From: a virus
Reading direction: 5' to 3' (one strand)
DNA: 64,000 nucleotides
IMG/VR virus record: IMGVR_UViG_3300009130_000010
Location: 38,930-102,929 of that record
Numbering within the stretch: the first letter of the stretch is position 1; every line of letters begins with the position of its first letter. The notes beneath the pieces are model-generated. The model was not told the origin of the DNA. It worked only from the letters and a program-made list of their open reading frames with translations, and did not search any database. Positions 38,001 through 47,285 of the stretch are shown piece by piece. The translations under genes and the position numbers were made by a program.

Positions 38001-41000
38001 TTTAAAGCAGGGGTTGATAGTAAAGCATTTTACGATGAACTTTTACCTACAGCAGGATATCCAAAATTAACAGACGCTGATGCTACTTTATTTTATAGTG
38101 TAGATGCTAATACGCTAACACCAATGATAGCAAATATGAAAGTTGGATATACAGTATGGGTAGCTGATGACGGTGACAATGATTGGGATATGAAATATCT
38201 CGACACTACAACAACTCAAGTTATTAATTGTGACGGCGGTCAAGACGGTTCTACATATACTTGGACTACAAAAGACACACACTACTTTAAAAAAGAAGAT
38301 ATTGTTGTTATTAAAGATTACAGCACAAAAAGAGATGGTGTATATAGAATTACTGAAGTACCGTCAGTAACTTCTTTTAAAACAGCAGGCGGTGGAGAAG
38401 TAGCAAAAGAAGAAGCTACTGCTCTAGTATTAAAATTTATTAGTAGTAGATTTAAAACTTCTAGCACAATAGAAAGACCAAGACAAGGATGGGATCTTAA
38501 AGATAAACTTTATATTGATGAAGATGAAAATAATCATTGGTATGTATTAAAGAAAAATACTTCTTATACAGCCAACCAGTCAATTAATCCATTATTACCG
38601 CAACTTGATGAGAACTTCGGTGATGCTATATGTTCAGATCCAACCGGCCAATGGGTATTAATTGGACAAAAAAATCTAAACAAGTTTCATGTATACACAC
38701 CACAACCAATAGAATTAAAACAATTTGCGGCCATTACAAGTACAGCTTCAAACGTAGACGAACTAGGAGCAAGTGTAAGTACTGGAGCATTTCTTCCACG
38801 AGAAGGTGGTGCTTTAAAATACGAAAAATGGCATAGAGGGAAAATATGGGTAGCCATTGGAGCACCAAATACAAATAGTGGCAAGGGTGCTATAATGTTT
38901 TACTACAGAGATTTATCAAGTGGTAGCTTTCTACCAGGAACATTAGACCAACCAACAACTTTAGGCTCAAACGCTAAATTTGGTACTAACGTAAAAATGA
39001 GTGCTAATGGTGAATGGTGTGTTGTTTCAGCACCTGGTGACAAAAAAGTGTTTATATATCATTTAGCACACGGTAACGACAATGACGAAACAGCAACTCA
39101 AAGTTTTATAGGTGATGGTAGTACTACACAATGGACTTTAGACACAAATTTTGATGATGCATCAGTAACTGAAGAATTATATATCAGAATTGAAGGCAAT
39201 GATCTTATTGCTGGACGAGATTATACTTATAATCTTGGTACTAGAACAATTACATTTACTACAGCACCAAGCACAGATCATTCTATTAGTGTTACATTTT
39301 TACGTGGTTGGAGTTTAGTAGATGAAAGATCTAGTACTATAGAAGGGTATGGTTCATCAATTGATATCGACTCTCAAGGTAACTATATTGTTATTGGTGA
39401 TCCTAATAGAGATACAGTAGCACCTGACTCTACTACAAACATGGGTAGTATTGATATCTTAGCAAGACATTATGAAGTGTTTATTGGAGATGGCTCTACA
39501 AAAGAATTTACAGTATCAACAGCAGATATTGGCAGGGCAAGTAGTCCTGTTTATATAAACGGTGTAGAGACTCCAAGAATAACTAATAGTACAATTACAT
39601 GGACAAAAGCTGGTAATACAATAACGTTTGTTACAGCACCACAGCCTGGTGAAGATATAACAATCTGGACTGACAACTTTACACCATTACAAACACTTAC
39701 ACCAAGCGATCCTCAAGTAAACGGACAGTTTGCTTTAACGTCTGTTCGTATTGACGAAACAGCACAATCAATTTATGTAGGTGTACCAGAAAAAGATGGC
39801 ATGACAGAAAACTCTGGAATTGTTGAAGTATTTGACAGACAAGATTCAATAGTAGAAAATAAATGTACATTAAAAGCATGGCCTATAGGATCATATACAA
39901 CTGGTCACAGTATGTTTATAAACGGTTATAAAATAACAGCAACAGGAACAACATTACAAAATATTGTTGACGACATTAATAATAAAAACATTCCTGGTAT
40001 TACTGCTTCTGGTAGTAATAACAATCTTACTATTCAAAGTTCAAAAAATGTAAAAGGTTTCATCCATGTTACAGTAGGTGCGAGTGGAACACTTATGAAA
40101 GATTTAAACCTACATCCATTTACATCTAATACTGGAAAAATAATAAAATTAAAAGATGGAAAAACTGGTCACAGGTTCGGTCAAGTACTTGAAGTTACTA
40201 GAGACAATAAACAATTAATTGTTGGTTGCCCAAATGGTAGCACAACAGTAAAAACAAATTTTGATGATGGCACTACATTATTTGATGGGGGCGGATCTAG
40301 ATTTTTAGCAGAAAAATACTTTACAGGTAGTGTTCATGTTTACCAAAAAATAAATGCTGGACATATAGAAGCTGACAGTTTATATGCTAGTGGTTTAGAT
40401 GCTAATGATGGATTTGGTTCAGCTCTTGCTATAACTGAACATAACATTTATGTTGGATCACCATTTGATGATACATCTACTGTATCAAATTCAGGACGTG
40501 TGGTACACTTTACTAAAACAGATGACTTATATAAAGTAGATGAAAAAGAACAAGATTTAGTCGACGTTGAACGTATTAATAAAGCATTCTTGTATAATAC
40601 ACAATCAAATACTATTATGAGTTATTTGGATTACATTGATCCTGTTAAAGGAAAAGTATTAGGTGAAGCTGAACATAACATTGATTACAAAACAACATGG
40701 GACCCCGCGATATACAACTACACAGACGGAACTAAAAAGATTAACAACGGAGATAACCATTGGCAATCTGACAAGGTTGGTAAAATTTGGTGGGATTTAA
40801 GTAAAGTTAAATTCATTAATTACGAACAAGGTGATAACGATTATAAAAAATTATTCTGGGGAGGTGTATTCCCAGGTAGTGACATTAGCATATATCAATG
40901 GGTTGAATCATCTGTTAAACCTGAATCATATACAGCCGGCAATGCCAAATATGGTAATAGTGTTTACGTTGAAATTCAAAGTATAAACAACGTTACAAAA

Positions 41001-44000
41001 CAACTACAAACAAAATATTATTTCTGGGCTAGTGCTATACTTACAGTTCATAGTACTAAAACATCAAGTGTCGCACAAATTAGACAAATGATTGTAGATC
41101 CAATTACTAACGGCACACCATACATTATGTTTTTAGGAAAAGATTCAATAGGCTTAACAAATGTTTCAGGATACTTAGAAGATAAAAATGTTGTAGTAGC
41201 AATTGATTACGATAAAAAACCAAATGATAAGTTATTACATACTGAATGGTCTTTGGTAGAAGAAGGCAATCCAAAAAGTTTTATACCAGAAGAATTGTTT
41301 GAAAAAATTAAAGATAGTTTAGCAGGTGCTGATTCACGAGGTAACAAAGTGCCAGATATTTCTTTAAGTGCTGGTGACAAATACGGTATTAAAATAAGAC
41401 CGAGACAAAGTGTCTTTATGAATAGATATCTTGCGATGCAAGAATATATTACCTATGTTAATGCTGTTATTAAAAAATATAACATAGCAGATACAATTGA
41501 TTTTACTTTATTAAATAGCGAAGAAAAAATACCATCAATTAATTCAGGAACTTGGGACGAAACAGTTGACACAATGATAGAGCTTGGATATATTAAACCA
41601 GCTTTACATTCAACAGGTTATAATATATTAGTAAAAACAGATTCAGACATTGGTGGTAGATGGAGTATTCATACACTACAAGCAGATAAAACTTGGTTGA
41701 GAAGTAGATCTCAAAGTTATGATACTAAACTATTTTGGGCATACTGTGATTGGTATAGCACAGGTTACTCATCAGATACAACCATAGATTACAGATATGA
41801 ATTATTTAATGACATTTATAAAAACACAATAGCAGATAAAAGCATTATTAAAATTAACAATGGTGGTAATTGGGATTTATATATTAAAGACGGAAATGAT
41901 TATACGTTAATAGGACAAAAAGACGGTACTATACAATTCGGTACTGACTTATATGATTATGTTACAAGTAACTTAGGTTTTGATTCTGAAGGTTACGATT
42001 TTAACTTAATGGATACAGAACCACAAATTGAAACTAGAAACATTGTTGAAACAATTAAAAAACAACTACTAGTTGGTGATTTAGCAAATGAACATAATAA
42101 ATTAATGTTTGTTTTATTGAGGTTTGCTTTACAAGAACAACCTTTTGTAGATTGGATTTTTAAAACTAGTTTTGTTAGTGTTAAACACAACTTAAGAGCA
42201 TTAGATCAATTTCCAACATACCAAAGAGACAATCAAGAATTTGTTAAAAATTATATTAACGAAGTAAAACCTTATCACACTAAAATTAGAGAATACGTTT
42301 TAGGTTATAATAAATTAGAAACACACGAAGGTGATACTACTGACTTTGATATTCCTAGTGGATATGATTCTATTACAAAAACATTTAGATCACCAAATGG
42401 TGAAAATAGTCATGATGCTGGAGCATTAACCACAGACTATGCTTATAAAATGTGGAATGAAAATCATAGTTATCAAGTTGATAGTTTATCAATTAGTAAA
42501 TGGGGATATGGTTATGCTACAGCACCAACAATAACAATTGAAGCACCTAAAGATAAGAACGGTACTTTAATTCCGGGCGGTGTGGCGGCTACGGCAAAAT
42601 GTACAATAGTTGACAACCACATTGATGTTGTTACTATGATTAAAAAAGGTAGTGGTTATATTAAAGCACCTGTAGTAACACTTACAGGTGGTAGCCCAAT
42701 GCTAAATGGTATCTTACACGCTAACTTAAAGAACACTGAAATAAGAAAAATTAAAGAAACAATAAAATTTGATAGAACTAGATACAGTTCATCTGTTAAA
42801 GAATGGACAGCTAATACAACATATTCAACTAGTGATATTATTCAACACTTAGGCGAAGCATACACAGTTAATGAAGCATTTACATCAAGCACAGCATTTG
42901 ATAGTGACAAACTGACAATTAAAGCTGATGCTACATTTAATAATGCTATGGATAGAACTATGGCATATTATATTCCTAAAACAGGACAAGATGGAAAAGA
43001 TTTAGGACAAATATTTAAAGGTATAACATATCCTGGTACAAAAGTTCAAGGCCCACTATTTACTAAAGACCCAGGATTAGACAAGGGCGGTTTTGATACT
43101 AGAGAATTTGACAACTATGAAATTGATAAAGACGGTCGTTTTGTTATATCAGCTGATAATATAGATTTAGATTTACAAGGAAAATTTAACGATACACAAT
43201 TAGGACTACGACCAGAAGATATTATTGTTGATGGTAGTAGCAAATTTGTTGATGCTTACAGCTCACACGCCCCGGAAGAATTTGTTCCAGGTAGAGTATT
43301 TGACAGTTTAAATATTAATGTGTTTACATCTCCTAGTAGAGACTCAGACGGTGACGGAGCATTAGGCCCAGCAGTTAGTGTTATCAATTATAAAGGTGAC
43401 GGCAGTAATAAAGTATTTAAATTTGGCACTAACAAACAAACTGATCAAAAAGTTATAGTATGGAGTAAAACTTCTGGTAGAATTAGCTCGTCAGCATATA
43501 CAATAGATTGGAATGATAATGTTGTTAAGTTTACTACAGCACCACTTAAAGATGAAATTATATCAGTAACTAGTTTTGGAACAACTGGTGATAAACTATT
43601 ATTTGATTACGAGTTCCAAGCATCCGGTGGAGAAACAGTTGTAACATTACCTATTCCTTATAGCTTAATTGAAAACAAACAAACATTAGTGTTAGCGAAT
43701 GGCAGTCATTCTACTGGTGGAACATTTGTTGATAAAGGTAGCGACACAGACTGGGACCCCGCTGTATCGTGGCTTACTAAAGATGATCACATTCACTTCT
43801 TTGTGTTTGACGTTCCATCAAGTTCTACAAGAACATTTAGTAAAGTTACTGTTGACGAGTTTACAGTTAACGACAGTACAAGAACATTTACGTTAACAGA
43901 TGGTGCTGATAATGATTTAGCTAGAACAGATAAAGTTATTGTTGAACTTAACGGAAAAAGATTACGCCCACCAGTGTTTACATATTTAACGAATGATAGT

Positions 44001-45068
44001 AGTTCAGCAACATATGACTTAACTACAAGTTCAGATATAGACCATTCTACTTTAGTAAAAGCAAATACTAGAGTTTATATTAATGGCGTACAAACTACAA
44101 ACTATAGTATTGTTGAAGGATCTGATAGTACAATAAAAGCAATTCAATTAGATGAGGCACCAGCGGCAAATTCTAAAATTGATGTAGGTGTTACAACAAA
44201 CGCTGATTATATTTTAACAGATAGTACAACATTAACTATTACAGGTGGAACTTGGACAGGTAGTGATAAAGTTGTTGTTACTACATTTAATAATCATAAT
44301 AATATGAAAATGACTACTGAAACATTTAAAGGTGGAAGTAGTTCAGCTATTACAACAGATATCGGATTTGATATTCGAGGATTTGAATCTGTTAGTTTTG
44401 ACGCCGTTACGGCTAGTGTTGTTAATATAGCAGAATTTAATTTATTTAAAACGCCAACAAACTTATCATATTTGTGGGTAACAAAGAACGGTGTTAAAAT
44501 GATTCCGAACTTTGATTATAAAATTGTCGGCGGCAAGTTAGCATTTGCTGAGTCGCTTCAAGCATCTGACATTACAATAATAACACAATTTACAGAAGAA
44601 ATTATTAAACCAGCAGTTGGATTTAAAATCTTTAAAGATTTACATGATAAAGTACACTATCATAGATTAGCAAATGAAAACACAGCTGAATTGTCCACAG
44701 AACTATTAGCAATACATTCAGAAATCAAAGTTACTGACGCTAGTAGATTACCTACACCAGATCTTAATAAAGCAATTCCTGGTGTTATTTGGATTAATAA
44801 TGAAAGAATAGAATACTTAGAAATTAATTTAACTACTAATACGCTTTCTAGAATAAAACGTGGTACTTTAGGCACAGGGTGCCAATCGACACATACAGCA
44901 GGAAGTTTAGTAGTAGATACAAGTAGTAGACAAGAAATTCCATCAGCTCATACTAAAACATGGTACCAAGTAAGTGGTGGTAACCCTAGTGATGGTAATG
45001 GTTTACAAAATTCAACAACTATACAAGCAGATTTCTTAGTTAAGAAACCTACTTACATAAAGAGCTAA
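32076..45068 (+). CDS. Giant (4330 aa) baseplate wedge / fibre structural protein (gp7-like position)
   Basis: Follows gp6; N-terminal FLPQAYQT..NKKFL..TLDQL; FG-GAP-like propeller repeats; GDGS(T/N) Ig-like repeats; KPYHTKIRE; C-terminal ERIEY...RGTLGT. Confidence 0.7.
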   Translation: MAKRNTSSFLPQAYQTERNKKFLSATLDQLMSSSNLTRMDGFVGRKYAPSFKVKDNYLTTTGLRRNYHLEPAIVTKKDSTIDSIVDSNDVGSVVTYDDLLNKLKDEGVDITDHSKLFGQEFYNWAGFINFDTLVNYGSYYWLKDGPNSVSITGGDIKMSGEWNIKYNDELNRYNVTELEGINPTIYLARGGVYTFETDQLENFWIQTDPGSITGTQAETSTKSSREIYGVTNNGGAQGDLEPAGGITFTVPDVTAQSFYENNLNLLADVNLFSEVPYKDVQGRRLADLIDQHNGIDNQRMLVGKTVVFKQNEDHNVDNDNWTFKADYSKHPFDRLGFAQEDGMVKQEERVGVWKINEVDGILVLNKINTVTYDDRAKITEGTTYGGRQIYRAQETEFVTIIPVLTAHLDTLYYQHGSDRTSYGIIKLVDAEAKEIKTTDFLGKSQYTSPNGIVFTNGLKITFDSTIDMPAYVGKTYYVQGVGSKIYLVDTELTTPELGTDTKDYITLTRGSVNKNAWSRSNRWFHKDIITATASYNKTTAIFDEKNRAVRPIIEFEAGLDLYNSGSKGHDGVDLVDTVETDALSNINGVSGYFVDRVSLSAGTKVIFIKDKDSQTRKTIWEVGYEDTDGDSSAESLVLKDSGIIVNTNDSVYINKGTAGKGTTYHWDGTNWIASQTKTKINQYPLFNLFDSKGISFNNTTTYPSSDFLGNQLFKFSVGSGSNDTELGFPLKYRTFNNVGDILFENVYTEKKFNYKKSTGITSLSTATGLVKVTDPYDSAITYNNGWQKSLHNSRQYQQVEYIVSDITLKNFDIGVKVKTSTNAVPNIFVYINNKRTSNFTTSVLEGVNICTINDTIAIDDSIIIRLISDATSKHGYYTIPKNLEDNSYNDKFSTITLGQLQNHVSALIDTNKYFTGKLQGSNNLRDLENSKSTEGLILQHSSSMILPMLLNQPGDLNFTQALRFCGLEYEKFKSKFLTALETLDNLELTDAQKTVDAIMVYLNSNKKTTFPFYTSDMVPYGADATTTTYTITDNRDKTYEITSVHDNSIPSNRAVLVYLNDVQLYHNIDYTFETTSANIRIIKTLTIGDVLKFIDYTDTLGNYVPPTPTKLGLWKKYKPEIVNDTTYSVDQNIIVGHDGSRTIAYGDTRDNILLELEKRIYNNCKTAYDEDVFNLDEYTPGRFKTTDFAVKEVDAVLEDEFLRWSTRHRIPYTENTTFNANDSFTWNYTNFVDKLEGTLLPQGYWKGLYKHYYDTVAPHIRAWEMFGWSIKPSWWEDRYGVGPYTSGNKVLWDDVRDGRRYTSADVDDYTINLLYARPSIELIMPVDEHGVLKPPIDCITKNSEDLSPSHAWKFGDVAPPEYAWRNSSSFAFSVNHLMALIKPSEYFSQVFNKSQIVRNKLTKQLVMTTTNQRQQPKDLKVDLPTARYEGCCNFVSEYLRWQNIDVTKHLQNVLSTLDIRLAHKMEGYTDHNLIKVLAEQVSPTSTSNSVYVPDEDYNIHLHKTGPLRSIPYSGVIVQVGTSGYTIYGYNLNNPKFSICNPIMNGNYKVHDVDGETIYEYDEYESEIKEVPYGHTFRTKQEVADFFFSYQKYLTRNGYDFDNRMEDFGTQKIVANWLMSVKEFIHWSKQGWLSGSVIAISPSANRIRCVTPAGVAEALSNSQAQTNVLNQNYEPLRPSSYKISRQDNEFELYPNPDMGGIYFVNTKLVEYEHVLVFNNVTKFNDVIYQPSLGNRQYRLRLVGYKTGGWNGSLTAEGFIYNDGKVPVWVANTDYVRGDIIKFKDNLYTAMVNHTSSEEFIYENWSLTDSFKIGLLPNFDTLGKNFESFYDVNTVNLESETDKYGKGSIGYQNREYFNQIGLDDISQVKFYQGMLQEKGTRSAVDKLIRSNFDQFSSDISFYEEWAIRQAEYGASDVNSRIEIQLDEEGFKDNPQEIKVVPTTQSKSDLNSKTEFTPSQLYKAPSDLTYDWVPLRKSFKAGVDSKAFYDELLPTAGYPKLTDADATLFYSVDANTLTPMIANMKVGYTVWVADDGDNDWDMKYLDTTTTQVINCDGGQDGSTYTWTTKDTHYFKKEDIVVIKDYSTKRDGVYRITEVPSVTSFKTAGGGEVAKEEATALVLKFISSRFKTSSTIERPRQGWDLKDKLYIDEDENNHWYVLKKNTSYTANQSINPLLPQLDENFGDAICSDPTGQWVLIGQKNLNKFHVYTPQPIELKQFAAITSTASNVDELGASVSTGAFLPREGGALKYEKWHRGKIWVAIGAPNTNSGKGAIMFYYRDLSSGSFLPGTLDQPTTLGSNAKFGTNVKMSANGEWCVVSAPGDKKVFIYHLAHGNDNDETATQSFIGDGSTTQWTLDTNFDDASVTEELYIRIEGNDLIAGRDYTYNLGTRTITFTTAPSTDHSISVTFLRGWSLVDERSSTIEGYGSSIDIDSQGNYIVIGDPNRDTVAPDSTTNMGSIDILARHYEVFIGDGSTKEFTVSTADIGRASSPVYINGVETPRITNSTITWTKAGNTITFVTAPQPGEDITIWTDNFTPLQTLTPSDPQVNGQFALTSVRIDETAQSIYVGVPEKDGMTENSGIVEVFDRQDSIVENKCTLKAWPIGSYTTGHSMFINGYKITATGTTLQNIVDDINNKNIPGITASGSNNNLTIQSSKNVKGFIHVTVGASGTLMKDLNLHPFTSNTGKIIKLKDGKTGHRFGQVLEVTRDNKQLIVGCPNGSTTVKTNFDDGTTLFDGGGSRFLAEKYFTGSVHVYQKINAGHIEADSLYASGLDANDGFGSALAITEHNIYVGSPFDDTSTVSNSGRVVHFTKTDDLYKVDEKEQDLVDVERINKAFLYNTQSNTIMSYLDYIDPVKGKVLGEAEHNIDYKTTWDPAIYNYTDGTKKINNGDNHWQSDKVGKIWWDLSKVKFINYEQGDNDYKKLFWGGVFPGSDISIYQWVESSVKPESYTAGNAKYGNSVYVEIQSINNVTKQLQTKYYFWASAILTVHSTKTSSVAQIRQMIVDPITNGTPYIMFLGKDSIGLTNVSGYLEDKNVVVAIDYDKKPNDKLLHTEWSLVEEGNPKSFIPEELFEKIKDSLAGADSRGNKVPDISLSAGDKYGIKIRPRQSVFMNRYLAMQEYITYVNAVIKKYNIADTIDFTLLNSEEKIPSINSGTWDETVDTMIELGYIKPALHSTGYNILVKTDSDIGGRWSIHTLQADKTWLRSRSQSYDTKLFWAYCDWYSTGYSSDTTIDYRYELFNDIYKNTIADKSIIKINNGGNWDLYIKDGNDYTLIGQKDGTIQFGTDLYDYVTSNLGFDSEGYDFNLMDTEPQIETRNIVETIKKQLLVGDLANEHNKLMFVLLRFALQEQPFVDWIFKTSFVSVKHNLRALDQFPTYQRDNQEFVKNYINEVKPYHTKIREYVLGYNKLETHEGDTTDFDIPSGYDSITKTFRSPNGENSHDAGALTTDYAYKMWNENHSYQVDSLSISKWGYGYATAPTITIEAPKDKNGTLIPGGVAATAKCTIVDNHIDVVTMIKKGSGYIKAPVVTLTGGSPMLNGILHANLKNTEIRKIKETIKFDRTRYSSSVKEWTANTTYSTSDIIQHLGEAYTVNEAFTSSTAFDSDKLTIKADATFNNAMDRTMAYYIPKTGQDGKDLGQIFKGITYPGTKVQGPLFTKDPGLDKGGFDTREFDNYEIDKDGRFVISADNIDLDLQGKFNDTQLGLRPEDIIVDGSSKFVDAYSSHAPEEFVPGRVFDSLNINVFTSPSRDSDGDGALGPAVSVINYKGDGSNKVFKFGTNKQTDQKVIVWSKTSGRISSSAYTIDWNDNVVKFTTAPLKDEIISVTSFGTTGDKLLFDYEFQASGGETVVTLPIPYSLIENKQTLVLANGSHSTGGTFVDKGSDTDWDPAVSWLTKDDHIHFFVFDVPSSSTRTFSKVTVDEFTVNDSTRTFTLTDGADNDLARTDKVIVELNGKRLRPPVFTYLTNDSSSATYDLTTSSDIDHSTLVKANTRVYINGVQTTNYSIVEGSDSTIKAIQLDEAPAANSKIDVGVTTNADYILTDSTTLTITGGTWTGSDKVVVTTFNNHNNMKMTTETFKGGSSSAITTDIGFDIRGFESVSFDAVTASVVNIAEFNLFKTPTNLSYLWVTKNGVKMIPNFDYKIVGGKLAFAESLQASDITIITQFTEEIIKPAVGFKIFKDLHDKVHYHRLANENTAELSTELLAIHSEIKVTDASRLPTPDLNKAIPGVIWINNERIEYLEINLTTNTLSRIKRGTLGTGCQSTHTAGSLVVDTSSRQEIPSAHTKTWYQVSGGNPSDGNGLQNSTTIQADFLVKKPTYIKS

Positions 45069-45072
45069 ATAT

Positions 45073-45744
45073 ATGAATAAGGTAGAAGAAAAGAATACAA
45101 TGGAAACAGATAAAAAAGAAAAAATCAACGAAAAGCCGGACGAAACTGGTAACGTTAGTGTCGAAGGACATATCAGGATCTTTGATCCTGTGTCTGGTGA
45201 AGAATTTGTCAATAAACGTAACGCTATCCACTATGAGAATATGAGTGAAGCTTTAGCTTTATCTCTTGCTAATAAAACTACCGGATTTGTTCATGAATTA
45301 GCATTAGGTAATGGTGGAACAAGCGTTGACCCAACAGGTGTAATTACATATAAACCAGCTAATAACAGCGGAACTAATAGTAGTTTATATAATCAAACTT
45401 ATTACAAAGTAGTTGATACATTATCAGCTTTAAATAATGATGCTAACCGTAATAAGATAGAAACAACACACGTTGAGGGTACTGTTTACACTGATATTGT
45501 TGTAAGCTGTCTATTAGATTACGGAGAACCAGCAGATCAATCTGCTTTTGATAATACAAATAATTTTGACGGAACGTATGTGTTTGATGAACTAGGACTA
45601 AAAAGTTGGGTTGGAACAGTTAATACAGGAAAATTATTAACTCACGTAGTGTTTCACCCCGTACAAAAGTCATTAAATCGCTTAATTGAGATTGAATATA
45701 CAGTAAGAATTCAAACTTTAACGAATCTGTCTAGCGTGAATTAA
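45073..45744 (+). CDS. Conserved virion / baseplate structural protein
   Basis: GHIRIFDP..GE, NAIHYENMS, LDYGEP, FDELGL, THVVFHPVQKSLNR; late promoter GCTAAATA at 45064-45071; true start may be ATG 45100. Confidence 0.65.
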   Translation: MNKVEEKNTMETDKKEKINEKPDETGNVSVEGHIRIFDPVSGEEFVNKRNAIHYENMSEALALSLANKTTGFVHELALGNGGTSVDPTGVITYKPANNSGTNSSLYNQTYYKVVDTLSALNNDANRNKIETTHVEGTVYTDIVVSCLLDYGEPADQSAFDNTNNFDGTYVFDELGLKSWVGTVNTGKLLTHVVFHPVQKSLNRLIEIEYTVRIQTLTNLSSVN

Positions 45745-45745
45745 C

Positions 45746-45762
45746 GCTAAATATAATAAATA
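45746..45762 (+). promoter_or_regulatory. Tandem late promoter motifs GCTAAATA and AATAAATA
   Basis: Upstream of tail fibre ATG 45781, which has SD GGAG. Confidence 0.55.
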
Positions 45763-45780
45763 ATGTTGTGGAGTACATAA

Positions 45781-47253
45781 ATGGCATATACAGTTAACAA
45801 AACAAGCGGAGCCTTACTAGCTACTGTCAGTGACGGTACTATAGATAATACAACTGATCTAATAATGATCGGTAAAAACTATAGTGGTTACGGCGAATTG
45901 CTGAATGAGAACTTCGTAAAACTACTAGAGAATTTCTCTAACACTTCAGCACCATCGGCGCCTTTAGCTGGCCAGTTATGGTGGGATAGCACAAACAGTT
46001 TACTTAAAGTTTACAATGGTGCTACATTTAAAACAGTTTCAAGTTCTACTGCTTCTGGTTCTACACCATCAAGTGGTGTAACTGGTGACTTGTGGTGGGA
46101 CACTACAAACTCACAATTAAAAGTTTATAACGGAAGTACATGGACACTAATTGGTCCGGCCTTTACACAAGGGTCAGGACAATCTGGTCCAGTAATTACA
46201 ACCGTCGCAGATACAGGAGCAACTGATCACGTTATAGTTAAAATGTATGTTAGTGATACTATTGTTGCTATTATATCTAAAGATTCTACATTTACACCTA
46301 ACTCTGCTATTTCAGGATTTGCTACAATTAAGCAAGGTTACAATGTTAACTCTACACTTGCTTCAGCAAAATTCCATGGAACAGCAACAGATTCAGATTC
46401 ATTAGGTGGTGTAACAGCGGCAGGTTATTTAAGATCAAATGATAACGATACTACAACAGGAACATTAGGTGTTGCTAACGATACTGGTTTTACAGTTGGT
46501 GCTGATGCTGATGCTAAAATTTCAGTTTCAGGATCAGACGTTACTTTAGCAAACCAAACATCAGATGGTGATATTATTATATCAGTTAACGATGGTGGTG
46601 TTGTTAAAACAGCGGCATATTTTGATGGCGCAACAGCAGATTTAATTTTAAGAGCAGACCCAAGTGTGGCATTAGGTGCGGCAACTAAAGGTTATGTTGA
46701 TACTCAATTATCAGCAACAGGAGCCGCGGTATTAAGAGATGGCTCAGCTAGTATGCAAGGCGATTTAGTACCTGATGCTAATAATACAAGAGACTTAGGT
46801 TCTAATGCTTTAAAATGGAATCAAGTATTTGCTACAACATTTGAAGGACAATCAACATCGGCTCAATATGCTGACTTGGCAGAGCGTTTCGCGGCTGACG
46901 ACGTTATTGAACCAGGAACTATTGTTGCTTTAGGCGGCGTAGAAGAAATTACAAAAGTAAATGAAGAATTAAGTGATAAAGTATTTGGTGTTGTTTCAAC
47001 AAGACCAGCATACTTAATGAACTCAAAAGCAGGCGGCAACGCCAGCCACCCTGCTGTAGCAGTTAGCGGAAGAGTGCCAGTAAGGGTTACTGGAACAGTC
47101 ACGAAAGGTGATAGACTTGTAAGTGCTGGGAACGGCATGGCAAGATCCGCATCGACAGGCGAAGCAAATTATTTCAACTGTATAGGTAGAGCACTTCAGG
47201 ATAAAAATACTCCAGAAGTAGGCGAAATTGAAGCATTTGTGATAATTAATTAA
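45781..47253 (+). CDS. Tail fibre protein with C-terminal intramolecular-chaperone / peptidase G2-like domain
   Basis: GKNYSGYGE..NENF..LLENF, GQLWWD repeats, AATKGYVD, AQYADLAE, GVVST.PAYLMN, GRVPVRV..KGDRLV. Confidence 0.8.
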   Translation: MAYTVNKTSGALLATVSDGTIDNTTDLIMIGKNYSGYGELLNENFVKLLENFSNTSAPSAPLAGQLWWDSTNSLLKVYNGATFKTVSSSTASGSTPSSGVTGDLWWDTTNSQLKVYNGSTWTLIGPAFTQGSGQSGPVITTVADTGATDHVIVKMYVSDTIVAIISKDSTFTPNSAISGFATIKQGYNVNSTLASAKFHGTATDSDSLGGVTAAGYLRSNDNDTTTGTLGVANDTGFTVGADADAKISVSGSDVTLANQTSDGDIIISVNDGGVVKTAAYFDGATADLILRADPSVALGAATKGYVDTQLSATGAAVLRDGSASMQGDLVPDANNTRDLGSNALKWNQVFATTFEGQSTSAQYADLAERFAADDVIEPGTIVALGGVEEITKVNEELSDKVFGVVSTRPAYLMNSKAGGNASHPAVAVSGRVPVRVTGTVTKGDRLVSAGNGMARSASTGEANYFNCIGRALQDKNTPEVGEIEAFVIIN

Positions 47254-47285
47254 TATAACGTAAAGGATTAAGGGAAAATTAAAAC

